This document shows, piece after piece, positions 1-9,590 of a stretch of 64,000 nt of DNA (the stretch's first letter is position 1; the number at the start of each line of letters is the position of its first letter). The position numbers and the translations under genes are program-made. The notes under the pieces are model-generated. The model saw nothing but the letters and a program-made list of their open reading frames with translations, did no database searches and was not told where the DNA came from. This DNA is from an uncultured delta proteobacterium (GTDB lineage Bacteria; Desulfobacterota; RBG-13-43-22): positions 1 to 64,000 of the forward strand of contig CAVUPH010000016.1 of assembly GCA_963743305.1 (NCBI GenBank), given 5' to 3'.

Positions 1-31
1 AGCGCAATAATAATAGAAAAGGAGAGAAACG

Positions 32-1153
32 ATGTCCAAATTATTTGAAACCACGGAAATCAAGGGAATGAAACTGGCCAACCGGTTCGTCCGGTCGGCC
101 ACCTTTGAGGGAATGGCCGGCGATGACGGTTCGGTAACCCCGAACCTGGTCGATCTATTGATCCGGCTGGCCCGGGGAGGGGTAGGACTGATCATTTCCA
201 GCCACGCCTACGTAAAACCGGAAGGTCAGGCCGGCCCCCGGCAATTGGGGGTTTACGCGGATGCCCTGGTCCCCGGTCTCCGGGAGCTGACCCGTGCCGT
301 TCATGAAGCGGGAGGCAAGATCGTCATGCAACTGGCCCATTCCGGCGGGTTTGCCAATCCCAAGCTGACCGGGCGAACGGCGCTGGCGCCCTCGGCGCCG
401 GAAGGATTCTATAAAACCCCACCCCGGGAAATGACCTTGGCGGATATCCAGGAAATGGTGGAGGCCTTTGGCCTGGCGGCCCAGAGGGCCAGGGCGGCGG
501 GGTTTGACGGCGTGGAGATTCATGCCGCCCATGGCTATCTCTTGAGCCAGTTCATCTCTCCGCTTTTGAACCGACGTCTCGATGAGTATGGGGGGACGGT
601 GGAAAACAGGTACAGGGCACTGGGAGAGGTGGTAAAGAAAATACGGGCCGTTGTCGGCCAGGACTTCCCGATCTTGATCAAGCTCAACTCCCAAGATTTC
701 CTGGAGGGAGGACTGACCCTGGAGGATTCCCTGCAAATCGGGGCCTGGCTCCAGGAAGACGGCCTCGACGCCATCGAGCTGAGCGGCGGCGTTTTAATCT
801 CGAAAAATTTAAGCCCTTCCCGAACGGGCATAACCACCGAAGAGAAAGAGGCTTATTTCTCGGAAGAAGCCCGGGCCTTCAAAAAGAAAGTGAGCCTCCC
901 TCTCCTGCTGGTGGGCGGGGTTCGGTCCTTTTCGGTCGCGGAAAGGATCATCGATCAGGGAGTGGCGGACTATATCTCCATGAGCCGACCGTTTATTCGA
1001 GAACCGGAATTGATTCAACGGTGGCGGGCCGGAGACCGGCGTCCGGCTTCTTGCCTGTCCGACAACCAATGTTTCCGCACCATCATGGGCGGTGAAGGGC
1101 TTTATTGCGTGGTGGAGAAGAAGGAAAAAGAGAAAGGGACAGAAAAAGTTTAA
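32..1153 (+). CDS. NADH:flavin oxidoreductase (Old Yellow Enzyme family)
   Basis: LANRFVRSAT, QLAHSG, GFDGVEIHAAHGYLLSQFISP and NRRxDEYGG motifs; C-terminal CxSDNxC; RBS AAGGAG upstream. Confidence 0.93.
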   Translation: MSKLFETTEIKGMKLANRFVRSATFEGMAGDDGSVTPNLVDLLIRLARGGVGLIISSHAYVKPEGQAGPRQLGVYADALVPGLRELTRAVHEAGGKIVMQLAHSGGFANPKLTGRTALAPSAPEGFYKTPPREMTLADIQEMVEAFGLAAQRARAAGFDGVEIHAAHGYLLSQFISPLLNRRLDEYGGTVENRYRALGEVVKKIRAVVGQDFPILIKLNSQDFLEGGLTLEDSLQIGAWLQEDGLDAIELSGGVLISKNLSPSRTGITTEEKEAYFSEEARAFKKKVSLPLLLVGGVRSFSVAERIIDQGVADYISMSRPFIREPELIQRWRAGDRRPASCLSDNQCFRTIMGGEGLYCVVEKKEKEKGTEKV

Positions 1154-1162
1154 GGAGCGGGA

Positions 1163-2149
1163 ATGAAAACATCACCGAGGGGACAGGAGAAAATGCTTTA
1201 TTCCGCGGAGGCGATCAAGAAGATCTGTCTTGAGGCCGGGGCCGACGATGTGGGTTTGGTGGATATCGATCGGGGGTCCCTGGAGAAAGAGCGGGAGGGG
1301 ATCTTACAGGTTTATTCCCTGGCGCGAAGTGTCATTTCCATCATTGTGACCAATAATCGGGAAAACCTGCAAAGCCCGGCCCGCTATGTGGCCAATGAAG
1401 AATACCATCACACGGGAGATAAAACCTCTGGGTTGTCGAGAGAGATTTTGCGCCGCTTAAACCGGATCGGCATCCGGGGGGTGGTGGTCAACAAGGGTTG
1501 GCCCATGAATCTGGATCAGTATCCGGGAAAGATCTGGGATGTGAGCCACAAGATTATGGCCGTGGAGGCCGGTCTTGGCCATATGGGATTGAACCGGCTG
1601 GTTCTTCATCCGATATTCGGCAGTGCCATCCAGTTGGATAGTATTCTGATCAATGGGGTGGTGGATCAATACGACCAGCCTCTAACGGAGAACCCCTGCA
1701 TCCACTGTAATCTCTGTGCCGTCGTCTGTCCCACCGGGGCCATCACCAAAGGACAACCCTTCGATTTTGTGTCCTGTATTACCCACACCTATAGGGATAA
1801 CATGACCGGATTCCAGGATTGGGTGGAGGCCATGGTCACCTCCCAAAACATGGCCGAATACGGTACCCATTTTAATAACCGGGAAACGGCTTTCATGTGG
1901 CAATCCCTGATGTTTCGCATGAGCTATCGCTGCAGCTATTGCATGGCCGTCTGCCCGGCCGGCGAAGAGGTCAGACCCGGTTATTGGGAAAATAAGAAGG
2001 ATCATGTCGAAAGAATACTAAAACCCCTTCGGGACCGGCAGGAACCGGTATATGTCCTGGCCGGCTCCAAAGCGGAAGCCAGGGTCAAAAGAAATCCGCA
2101 TAAAATAGTCCGGGTTGTCCCGGGCATGATGCGGACGCCGCCGAAGTAA
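1163..2149 (+). CDS. Epoxyqueuosine reductase / reductive dehalogenase-like 4Fe-4S protein (start possibly 1193)
   Basis: GADDVG, SHKxxAVEAGLG, HPxFG, CxxCxxCxxxCP and CxYCxAVCP motifs of the QueG/RdhA superfamily. Confidence 0.8.
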   Translation: MKTSPRGQEKMLYSAEAIKKICLEAGADDVGLVDIDRGSLEKEREGILQVYSLARSVISIIVTNNRENLQSPARYVANEEYHHTGDKTSGLSREILRRLNRIGIRGVVVNKGWPMNLDQYPGKIWDVSHKIMAVEAGLGHMGLNRLVLHPIFGSAIQLDSILINGVVDQYDQPLTENPCIHCNLCAVVCPTGAITKGQPFDFVSCITHTYRDNMTGFQDWVEAMVTSQNMAEYGTHFNNRETAFMWQSLMFRMSYRCSYCMAVCPAGEEVRPGYWENKKDHVERILKPLRDRQEPVYVLAGSKAEARVKRNPHKIVRVVPGMMRTPPK

Positions 2150-2262
2150 GCCGCCGGAAAAGAATGGCCGCAGGTGGGATGTTTTGGTCGTGCATTGACC
2201 AAGACAGCACAGTACGGTGATGTGGTTGGTTGGGAAGGGTAATATGAATTCAGGAGTATGAG

Positions 2263-2970
2263 ATGAAACGCCCTGAAAAACCTTGTGTGATTTCCTGCGG
2301 TATTTTGCGAAAAGAAATTGGACACCTCCTGGAAAAAGGCGATATTGATGTAGAGGTCCATTTCCTGAGTGAACGATTGCACATGGATTACAATCTTCTG
2401 GATCGTGGGCTAAACGAAGCCCTCAAAAAGTATTCAGAGCTGCGATCGCAAGGCATCATCGTCGTCTACGGCGATGTCTGTCTGGGGTTTAACGGTGAAA
2501 TGAAAACGCTGATGGACAAATACGATGCGGTCAAGGTCGATGGATTGAACTGCATCGACTGCCTGCTCGGAGGCAAAGGAAATCTTCTTGAAATGGACCC
2601 GGATCATAAATATCTGTTTTTGAATCCAGCGTTTATCCAATTTTCAGAGAATATAAGGGGAAAAACAAAAGAACGAACCCGTGAAATGTACAGCAGGCTC
2701 GATGGTATCATTCTTTTGGATGCCATGGGTGATTTGGACGATTACCGGTCGAGGATCGATGAGATCGTGGACTTTACCGGTCTCCCAATTCTCGATCGTA
2801 AAGAAATAGGCGTCGGTGGCCTGAAAAATGTTCTGATAGAAGCTCTGGAGCGGAATCGATGGAAAAACACCGTCAAAAAGGAAGGGAAATTATCGAATTC
2901 ATGCTGGCCTGTGACCCCGACGGCATCCTCCTCGACAAGGAGTGCGACATCGAGAAGACCAGGGGGCTGA
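2263..2970 (+). CDS. DUF1638 domain protein; 3' end probably aberrant
   Basis: ISCGIL, LHMD, VVYGDVC and NCIDCLLGG motifs; the last ~30 aa look like out-of-frame read-through into the next fragment. Confidence 0.75.
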   Translation: MKRPEKPCVISCGILRKEIGHLLEKGDIDVEVHFLSERLHMDYNLLDRGLNEALKKYSELRSQGIIVVYGDVCLGFNGEMKTLMDKYDAVKVDGLNCIDCLLGGKGNLLEMDPDHKYLFLNPAFIQFSENIRGKTKERTREMYSRLDGIILLDAMGDLDDYRSRIDEIVDFTGLPILDRKEIGVGGLKNVLIEALERNRWKNTVKKEGKLSNSCWPVTPTASSSTRSATSRRPGG

Positions 2971-3173
2971 TACCCGAGGCGATATCGCTTTTCGGGGAAT
3001 GCGGCCGCTTCGACCTGTTGGCCAAAGCGACGCCGGCAGAGATTACCGATAGGGTGCATCGCTGCCTCGATCTGGGCTTTACAACGGTGTGCCCCCCTGC
3101 GGATGTCTACCCGCCCGCAAAAATTGAAAATATCGAAGCTTTTGTAACGGCGCTCCAGGAATATAAAAAATAG
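2859..3173 (+). pseudogene. C-terminal fragment of a MtaA/CmuA (uroporphyrinogen decarboxylase family) methyltransferase
   Basis: IIEFMLACDPDGILLD...LFG...ATPAEI...CPPADVYPPAKIENIEAFV matches the last strands of the URO-D TIM barrel; N-terminal two thirds missing. Confidence 0.6.
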
Positions 3174-3323
3174 GGTTCATTCGACATGAATGCGTCAGAA
3201 CTCGTCAGAGACCTGCAGCATCGGCTTTCCTCAAAGAAGAGTTCCATTTGAAAACCAGAATTGTTAATAACCAAACTGATTTCCGATCTTGACGTAATTT
3301 TTTGATTACGATATCATAACTCC

Positions 3324-3644
3324 ATGATAAAGCCCGACCCTGAGCTTGAGCCCGATTGGGATGAGGACAATATTTCTCATATCGCCGCCCACGGCATCAG
3401 ACCCTATCAGGTCGAAGAACTTTATTACGGGGAAGGAATCTACCCCACCTTAGCGATGAAAAATGTCAGGTCGAAAGCTTCCGCCCATGAATACCGATTC
3501 CGTCTGTGGGGCTGTGATGCCGGCGGGACCTTCCTTGAGGCCGTTATCGCTCCATTTCCCGATTTTAGAATATGGAGATGCGTAACCGCTTTTCCCATGT
3601 CGTCCTCTACAAAAAAGATTTATCTCAATCGAGTGAAGTCATGA
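3324..3644 (+). CDS. BrnT-like type II toxin
   Basis: WDEDNISHIAAHGI...EVEE...G...R.VTA.PM pattern; ATGA overlap with downstream gene. Confidence 0.7.
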   Translation: MIKPDPELEPDWDEDNISHIAAHGIRPYQVEELYYGEGIYPTLAMKNVRSKASAHEYRFRLWGCDAGGTFLEAVIAPFPDFRIWRCVTAFPMSSSTKKIYLNRVKS

Positions 3645-3922
3645 AAAAACTAACGAGAGAAAACATCAAGGCCTTGAACAAAGAAGCCCGGCAATGGGAT
3701 AAGGAAATCGTCCTGGAAAAACCCGACGTGACGGCCAGACTGCTCGAGGGGGCCGAACCGTTTGACGCCCATCGCCTCCCCCGGCAGCCGGTGTCCCTGC
3801 GTCTGGATCCCCGGGACCTTTCCCTGGCCAGGCGGATCGCCCGCGGTAAAGGGATTCCCTTCACCCAACTGATGGCCGTGTGGCTCCATGAGAGAATTTC
3901 CCAGGAAAAACTGAACGTCTAA
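3641..3922 (+). CDS. BrnA/CopG-like antitoxin
   Basis: C-terminal RHH-like segment PVSLRLDPRDLSLARRIARGKGIPFTQLMAVWLHERI; ATG at 3641 overlaps the toxin stop. Confidence 0.72.
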   Translation: MKKLTRENIKALNKEARQWDKEIVLEKPDVTARLLEGAEPFDAHRLPRQPVSLRLDPRDLSLARRIARGKGIPFTQLMAVWLHERISQEKLNV

Positions 3923-4010
3923 CAGGTTGCTGAAAAAGGCCCATCTGCGGCGCTGCCCTCATCCCAAGGAATTTCGGGCGCCTTGCATTTGGACCTTTTC
4001 GAGCAACCTG
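3923..4010. repeat. Small MITE-like inverted-repeat element
   Basis: Terminal inverted repeats CAGGTTGCTGAAAAAGG / CCTTTTCGAGCAACCTG; a third degenerate arm follows at ~4021-4038. Confidence 0.6.
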
Positions 4011-4095
4011 TGAATTCGCAGTTTTTCCGCAACCCGCTACCAACGGGAGGAAATATTATTCAGGTCGTACTTTGGAAGGACCGAGAGGATCTGCA

Positions 4096-6375
4096 ATGCC
4101 TATGACGACTAAAGGCGAATCGAAGATGGTCAGGACCGTCTGCCCGGCGCACTGCGGGATCGATGCCTGCGGGATCCTGGCCCATGTCCGGGGAAACCGG
4201 GTCGTCAAGGTGGAGCCGGCGGATTTTCCGGATCCCCGGTACCGCCGGATCTGTCTGCGCGGGCTCTCCAGCCTGGAGATCACCTACCACCCCGATCGGC
4301 TGCAGCATCCCCTGAAACGGGTGGGCGCGCGGGGCGAGGGGAGATTTGAGCGGATCACCTGGGACGAGGCCCTGGACACGATTGCCGAACGATTCCGGGA
4401 GATCGGGGAGCGCTACGGCTGGCCGGCCATCGGCTGGGTCTTGGGCGGTCCGGGCGCCGGCACCACCAAGTTCGGGGCCTATCTCCGCCTGGCCGGCCTG
4501 ACCCGCTCCACCCGGGTCAGCGCCTGGGGTTACGGGGACGCAGGCCTGCCCTGCGGCAGCAAGGTCCTCTTCGGCGCCCAGTTTCCCTATGCGCTGCTCT
4601 TCGGCTCCCTGTTCTCGGGCCAGACCACCCCGGAGCTATTGGTGGTCTGGGGGGCCAACCCGGGCGAGTCCCAGCCCCTGAACCTGATGCGCCCGATCAT
4701 GGACGCCAAGGGCCGGGGCGCGCGACTGGTGGTTATCGACCCGCGCTTCACGGTAACCGCCTCCAAGGCGGACGCCTATCTGGGCCTGAAGCCCGGCACG
4801 GATACGGCCCTGGCCCTGGCGCTGATGCAGGTCATCTTTGAAAAGGATCTGGAAAACCGGGACTTCCTCCGAAAATACACGGTCGGGCCGTACCTGGTCC
4901 GGGACGACAACGGCGCTTTCTTGCGCGGTGCAGATATCGGATTGGAAGGCAGCAAAGACTATGTGGTCTGGGACCTGGAATCCAGGGCGCCCCGGGAAAG
5001 CCGGGCGAAAGGGGGCGAAGCGGCCTTAACCGGAAGCTATACCGTGGGCGGCTTGTCCTGCCGGCCGTCCTTTGAACTCCTGCGGGAACTGGCCGCCCAA
5101 TACCCGCCGGCCCGGGCCGCGGGCATCACCGGCCTGCCGGCGGGAGACATCGTAAGATTGGCCGAGCGGATAGGCTCGGCCGGGTCCGTCACCTTCGTCA
5201 CCCACATGGGCTTCACCCGGACCTATCACGGGGACATTTCCCTGCGGGCCCTGGGAACGCTGGCCGCCGTAACCGGGAACGTCCAGGCCACCTTCCGCGG
5301 CGGGCACTTGCCGGCCGTGCTCAACTGGGACCCCTTCCTTAAGCCCGACACCCCCAAGCCGGCCTATTCCCGCCTGGGGATTTTGCCCCTGTACGAGGCG
5401 GTCATTTCCGGGAAGCCCTACCCGGTGAAGGCCCTCTGGCTTTCTTTCATCAACTTCGTCAACCAGTGCGCCCACAGCGGCAAGATCATCCGGGAGCTGA
5501 TCCCCGAATTGGAATTCATCGTCGCCACGGAACTCTTTATGACCCCCACGGCCCGCTACGCGGACATCGTGCTCCCGGTATGCACCTACCTGGAGTTCTC
5601 GGACCTGATCCCTTTCCCCTATCCGTACGTTCAACTGCAGCAGAAGGTCATCGAGCCCCTGTACGAATCGCGCTCGGACGTGGATATTGCCTCCGGTCTG
5701 GCCCGGCGGCTGGGGTTTGGGGATTATTTTGACGGCGGGGAAGAGGGGTTTATCGACCTGATCCTGAATTCCGGCCACATTTCCCTTCAGGGGATTACCC
5801 GGGAAAAACTCCGGGAGGGGCCTCAGGCCTTGTATAACATCCCGGACACGGGCCAGGAGATGGACATCCCCTTTTCCACCCCGTCGAAGAAGATTGAAAT
5901 CTATAGCGAGTCTTTGCGCGAGTATGGGCAGGCCCTGCCCGTGTACCTGGAACCCCTGGAAACGCCCCTGGGACCTGTCGAGACCCGCTACCCGCTGGCC
6001 TTCATCCAGGGGCACAGCCGGTTCCGCACCCATTCCATGTTCGCCAATGTGCCCTCCCTGCTGGACTTGAATCCCGAACCGCTGGTGGAGATCAATCCGG
6101 AGGATGCCGGGGCAAGACGGATCAAGGACGGGGACCTGGTGACCGTATTCAATGACCGGGGACGGGTCACCCTCCGGGCCCGGGTGACGGGTGCGGTCGG
6201 GCCCCGGGTGGTCCAGATCACCGAAGGTTGGTGGATCGACCAATTTCGGGAAGGGAGCGTCAATCACCTGACCCATGACACCGTGAACCCCGTTCAGGCC
6301 GTGGTCTATGAACCCAACATGCACATGAATGACGTGGCCGTCGAAGTGGAACGGGCGCGGGAGGTAGCGCCATGA
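4096..6375 (+). CDS. Molybdopterin (bis-PGD) oxidoreductase catalytic subunit, DMSO reductase superfamily, no Tat signal
   Basis: CPAHCGIDAC...ICLRG Fe-S motif, RLQHPLKRVGARGEGRFERITWDEALD, WGANP, IDPRFT, KPGTD, HSMF and EINPEDA motifs. Confidence 0.92.
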   Translation: MPMTTKGESKMVRTVCPAHCGIDACGILAHVRGNRVVKVEPADFPDPRYRRICLRGLSSLEITYHPDRLQHPLKRVGARGEGRFERITWDEALDTIAERFREIGERYGWPAIGWVLGGPGAGTTKFGAYLRLAGLTRSTRVSAWGYGDAGLPCGSKVLFGAQFPYALLFGSLFSGQTTPELLVVWGANPGESQPLNLMRPIMDAKGRGARLVVIDPRFTVTASKADAYLGLKPGTDTALALALMQVIFEKDLENRDFLRKYTVGPYLVRDDNGAFLRGADIGLEGSKDYVVWDLESRAPRESRAKGGEAALTGSYTVGGLSCRPSFELLRELAAQYPPARAAGITGLPAGDIVRLAERIGSAGSVTFVTHMGFTRTYHGDISLRALGTLAAVTGNVQATFRGGHLPAVLNWDPFLKPDTPKPAYSRLGILPLYEAVISGKPYPVKALWLSFINFVNQCAHSGKIIRELIPELEFIVATELFMTPTARYADIVLPVCTYLEFSDLIPFPYPYVQLQQKVIEPLYESRSDVDIASGLARRLGFGDYFDGGEEGFIDLILNSGHISLQGITREKLREGPQALYNIPDTGQEMDIPFSTPSKKIEIYSESLREYGQALPVYLEPLETPLGPVETRYPLAFIQGHSRFRTHSMFANVPSLLDLNPEPLVEINPEDAGARRIKDGDLVTVFNDRGRVTLRARVTGAVGPRVVQITEGWWIDQFREGSVNHLTHDTVNPVQAVVYEPNMHMNDVAVEVERAREVAP

Positions 6376-6953
6376 GCAAGCGGCTGGGTCTGGTTGTCGA
6401 CCAGGAGCGCTGTATCGGGTGCCAGGCCTGCACCGTGGCCTGCCGGATGGAAAACGGTTTCGAGCAGGGCGCCATCCGGGTGGAGACCCTGGGGGCCGAT
6501 CACCCGGATGCGCCCGTGGGCCGCTTTCCGGACCTGACCATGGATTTCCTGCCCCGGCTCTGCAACCACTGCGAGCATCCTCCCTGTGTGGAGGCCTGTC
6601 CCCTGGAGGCCCTGGTCCGGCGGGAGGACGGTCTGGTGGTGCTCGATGTGGAAAAGTGCGACGGCTGCCAGGGCTGCATCGCCGCCTGCCCCTTCGAGGC
6701 CCTGCGGTTCAGCCCCCGCAACGGCAGGGTGGAGAAATGCAACCTTTGCGCTCACCGTATCGATCAGGGTCTGGAGCCCTTCTGTGTCATCTGCTGTGAG
6801 GGCCAGGCCTTGCATTTCGGCGATCTCCAGAACCCGGACAGCCCGGTAGCCAAGATGGTTTCCACTGGAGAGGTTTTTCGGCTTCACCCGGAATGGGGGA
6901 CCGGCCCTGGAGTGTATTATTGTCCCCCCAAGGCGAAGCGGGGATTGGATTAG
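6372..6953 (+). CDS. 4Fe-4S electron-transfer subunit (DmsB/NrfC-like)
   Basis: Four Cys clusters CIGCQACTVAC, CNHCEHPPCVEACP, CDGCQGCIAACP, KCNLC; ATGA overlap with upstream gene. Confidence 0.92.
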   Translation: MSKRLGLVVDQERCIGCQACTVACRMENGFEQGAIRVETLGADHPDAPVGRFPDLTMDFLPRLCNHCEHPPCVEACPLEALVRREDGLVVLDVEKCDGCQGCIAACPFEALRFSPRNGRVEKCNLCAHRIDQGLEPFCVICCEGQALHFGDLQNPDSPVAKMVSTGEVFRLHPEWGTGPGVYYCPPKAKRGLD

Positions 6954-6975
6954 CATTACCACCAACTGGCGCCTA

Positions 6976-7123
6976 GGATCTGTAAACAAATAACCTTGAC
7001 AAAGCGGCCCTACAACCGTTCGCCCTGAGCTTGTCGAAGGGTGAACGATACGGCCATGCTTCGACAGGCTCAGCATGAACGGAGATATTAGCGGTATTGT
7101 ACACCTTATCTCTTGACGGGTTC
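6976..7123. mobile_element. MITE family A, copy 1 (carries REP-like hairpins)
   Basis: Imperfect TIRs GGATCTGTAAACAAATAA / TTATCTCTTGACGGGTTC with CTA/TTA flanks; homologous to 8867-9028, 38977-39130 and 50832-50992. Confidence 0.8.
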
Positions 7124-7168
7124 TTACCTAATGAACATTTATCTGCCATGGTTGCAAGAAAAACCACT

Positions 7169-7639
7169 ATGAAATCCCGCTTCGTCGTCCACGAACATCA
7201 TGCCACCCATCTCCATTTCGACTTTCGGCTGGAAATGGAAGGTGTGCTGCGTTCCTGGGCCGTACCTAAAGGCCCCTCCTCGAACCCGACGGAAAAACGC
7301 CTGGCGATCATGGTGGAAGACCACCCTCTCGAGTATATCGATTTCGAGGGCATCATCCCCAGGGGGATGGCCGGCGCCGGACCGGTCCTGGTCTGGGACG
7401 CCGGGACCTTCGAACTCCTGGAAAAGAAGGAAGACCGGATCGTCTTCAACTTAAAAGGTAAAATCCTGGAGGGGGAATTTGCCCTGGTCCGGCTCAAGGG
7501 CCGGGGCCGGGGTAACGAATGGCTCCTGATCAAGAAAAAAGATGCTTTCGCCTCGGAGTCCTGGAAGCTGGAGCCCAGGCTGACCCCGGCCCGGAAAGCC
7601 GGGCTGAAGGAACGGGTCCCGCCTTGCGAAGCTTCTTAA
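7169..7639 (+). CDS. Stand-alone LigD 3'-phosphoesterase domain protein
   Basis: FVVHEHHATHLHFDFRLEMEGVLRSWAVPKGPS...RLAIMVEDHPLEY.DFEG.IP...WDAG...WLLIK signature. Confidence 0.9.
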   Translation: MKSRFVVHEHHATHLHFDFRLEMEGVLRSWAVPKGPSSNPTEKRLAIMVEDHPLEYIDFEGIIPRGMAGAGPVLVWDAGTFELLEKKEDRIVFNLKGKILEGEFALVRLKGRGRGNEWLLIKKKDAFASESWKLEPRLTPARKAGLKERVPPCEAS

Positions 7640-7646
7640 CCTCACC

Positions 7647-8858
7647 ATGAGTGCCGAGATCGTAAAACCCAAAAGAACGGCCTTTTTCATTATGGGCTGG
7701 ATCGGGATGCTGTTCTACTTTGCCCAGAGGTGGCTCTTCGGTCCCTTGATCCCCTCGCTCATGCAGGCCTTCGGCGCTGATCGGACAACCCTGGGCCTGG
7801 TGGGATCCGCCTCCCTTTGGGGTTATATGTTCATACCCATCCTCGCCGGCTTACTCTCCGACCGTTTTGGCAGAAAGCATGCCATCCTCTTCGGCATCTT
7901 CGGCTTTTCGGCCCTCACGGTAGTCTCCGGTCTGGTGAACAGCACCCATCAGCTCTTTTGGAGTCGTTTCTTCACGGGCACCATGGAGGGCTTCTATTTT
8001 GTGCCGCTGGCGGCGTTTACCCTGGAGCTTTTCCCGGAAAGGCCCGCTTTTTTTCTGGGGCTCCTGATCTCCGGTTCCGCCGTCGGCTGGTTTGTCGGAC
8101 CGGCTGCTGCGGGTTGGCTCCTTGATCTCACCGGTACCTGGCGGGCGGCATTCCTGGTCATCGGGTCGGCCAGTTTAGTCGTGGCCTTTCTGCAGTGGTG
8201 GTTTTGGCCGGGAGGGGAGTCCAAGGTGCGAACCGGCGATTTCTTCGACAGGGTCATCCTTATTCCCAGAAACCTGCTTATGCTATTTTTTCTAGCCTTG
8301 GTGCTTACTTTTCAGATGGCCTCCGAGTTCGGTTTCGCTATGTGGTTTCCCGTCTATCTCCGAACCGAGATTCTGCTGAGCGCCACCGGAGCCGGGCTGG
8401 TTGCCGGATTTTTCGGCATAGGCCAGGCTCTGGGGAGGCCCGTCATGGGTTTTGTCTCCGACCGTGTGGGTTACCGGCTCACCGGCTTGGCTGGCAGCCT
8501 CCTCATGGGCCTCTCTTTTATGCTCACTCTGTCCATGCCGAGTATCCTTCTGAAAACCTTCTTTACGTTTGTGGCGGGGTTTATCGGGGCGGCGGCAACG
8601 GGCGGCCTCTGGACCTTTACGGGTTTGGTGTTCGCTTCCTTCAAAGGCCTCGCTCTCGGCGTCATCGTGACCTTTGCCTACTGCGCGTCATCACTGGCCC
8701 CGATCGCCATCGGTTATATCGGGGATCGCTATTCCATCGCCACGGCTCTCTGGACCGTGACGGTTCCCTCCGCCTTCGCGGCCGGTGCCGCCGTTATGCC
8801 CACTTTTTTTCTCAGAAGGAGCCGACGAAGTCAATCCGCGAATAAGGCAGGTGGTTAA
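7647..8858 (+). CDS. MFS transporter
   Basis: About 12 hydrophobic segments; motif A GLLSDRFGRK and second-half GFVSDRVGYR. Confidence 0.9.
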   Translation: MSAEIVKPKRTAFFIMGWIGMLFYFAQRWLFGPLIPSLMQAFGADRTTLGLVGSASLWGYMFIPILAGLLSDRFGRKHAILFGIFGFSALTVVSGLVNSTHQLFWSRFFTGTMEGFYFVPLAAFTLELFPERPAFFLGLLISGSAVGWFVGPAAAGWLLDLTGTWRAAFLVIGSASLVVAFLQWWFWPGGESKVRTGDFFDRVILIPRNLLMLFFLALVLTFQMASEFGFAMWFPVYLRTEILLSATGAGLVAGFFGIGQALGRPVMGFVSDRVGYRLTGLAGSLLMGLSFMLTLSMPSILLKTFFTFVAGFIGAAATGGLWTFTGLVFASFKGLALGVIVTFAYCASSLAPIAIGYIGDRYSIATALWTVTVPSAFAAGAAVMPTFFLRRSRRSQSANKAGG

Positions 8859-8866
8859 GGCGCTTA

Positions 8867-9028
8867 GAACCCGTCAAGAAATAAGCTGTACAATGGCGCG
8901 GTATCTCCGTTCATGCTGAGCTTGTCGAAGCATGGCCGTATCGTTCACCCTTCGACTGCTCGACAGGCTCGCAGCTCAGGGCGAACGGTTGTAGTGTCGC
9001 TTTGTCAAGGTTATTTGTTTACAGATCC
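8867..9028. mobile_element. MITE family A, copy 2 (opposite orientation to copy 1)
   Basis: GAACCCGTCAAGAAATAAG...TTATTTGTTTACAGATCC flanked by TTA on both sides (8864-8866, 9029-9031). Confidence 0.85.
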
Positions 9029-9031
9029 TTA

Positions 9032-9131
9032 TCGAGGCCGGGCCCAGGTCAATGCCAAAACAGCCGAAGGCCGGAAGCCGTTGTGGTTGGCAGACCAGAT
9101 GGAAATTGAATGCACCGGTGATTTTGCGTGA
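9032..9131 (+). pseudogene. Single ankyrin-repeat remnant
   Basis: AQVNAKTAEGRKPLWLA resembles the ankyrin consensus ADVNAKDxxGxTPLHLA; no start or upstream repeats. Confidence 0.45.
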
Positions 9132-9147
9132 AGCCTAAGACACTCTT

Positions 9148-9350
9148 TCATGCTTCCTGCTGGGCAAACACTTTCTCGCACAACATAACTGGATAGACCG
9201 GAAAATCGCTGCGCTTCTGGATCTCGCTGCCCCCGTAGATGACACCGCCGGTAACCTGTCGAGCCGCCCCCACCGCCCTGGCAAAATGACGCAGCCCTTT
9301 GAAGTAGTCGGGGTTGATGGTGGCGCCGGCCTTTATCTCTACGGCGATAA
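9148..9350 (-). pseudogene. C-terminal remnant of an AAA+ ATPase with DUF4143 (PD-(D/E)xK-like) domain
   Basis: IAVEIKAGATINPDYFKGLRHF...GGVIYGG tail typical of AAA_14/DUF4143 proteins; ATPase part absent. Confidence 0.65.
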
Positions 9351-9393
9351 AATATGTAAAATGCAACTTAAATTTTCAATTTGCATATTTTAT
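9347..9393. promoter_or_regulatory. AT-rich inverted repeat (possible operator)
   Basis: ATAAAATATGTAAA...TTTGCATATTTTAT, 13/14 matching arms, directly 5' of the DUF4143 remnant. Confidence 0.35.
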
Positions 9394-9573
9394 GGCCGGA
9401 GTACACCCTGCAATTTTCCGGTACCCGCGATTAGAGTACTTTGGCACCAATAGAGGTGCCTGGGAGATCGGACCCAATGCCCTCGTACCCTATGTTTATT
9501 TAGAAAGCCCTAATTCTTTTGCTAAAGGCAGGGGAGTGACTTAGCTCCGTAATCGACGCGCCGTTTTATGCAA

Positions 9574-9590
9574 TTTAGAACCAACGTCCC
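9574..9590 (+). repeat. Degenerate copy of the Y1/RAYT end motif
   Basis: TTTAGAACCAACGTCCC vs TTCAGAAACTACGTCCC (reconstituted end at 18657-18661 plus 20429-20442, minus strand): 14/17 identical. Confidence 0.5.

Noticed and set aside
5026-6324. Long antisense ORFs (also 9900-11129, 55350-56132 and others)
   Set aside because: These are shadow frames of GC-rich genes with clear products on the opposite strand.
8913-9131. ORFs starting MLSLSKH (also 6306-7076, 38820-39092 and the 5' extension at 50898)
   Set aside because: These are translations of MITE A sequence, not genes.
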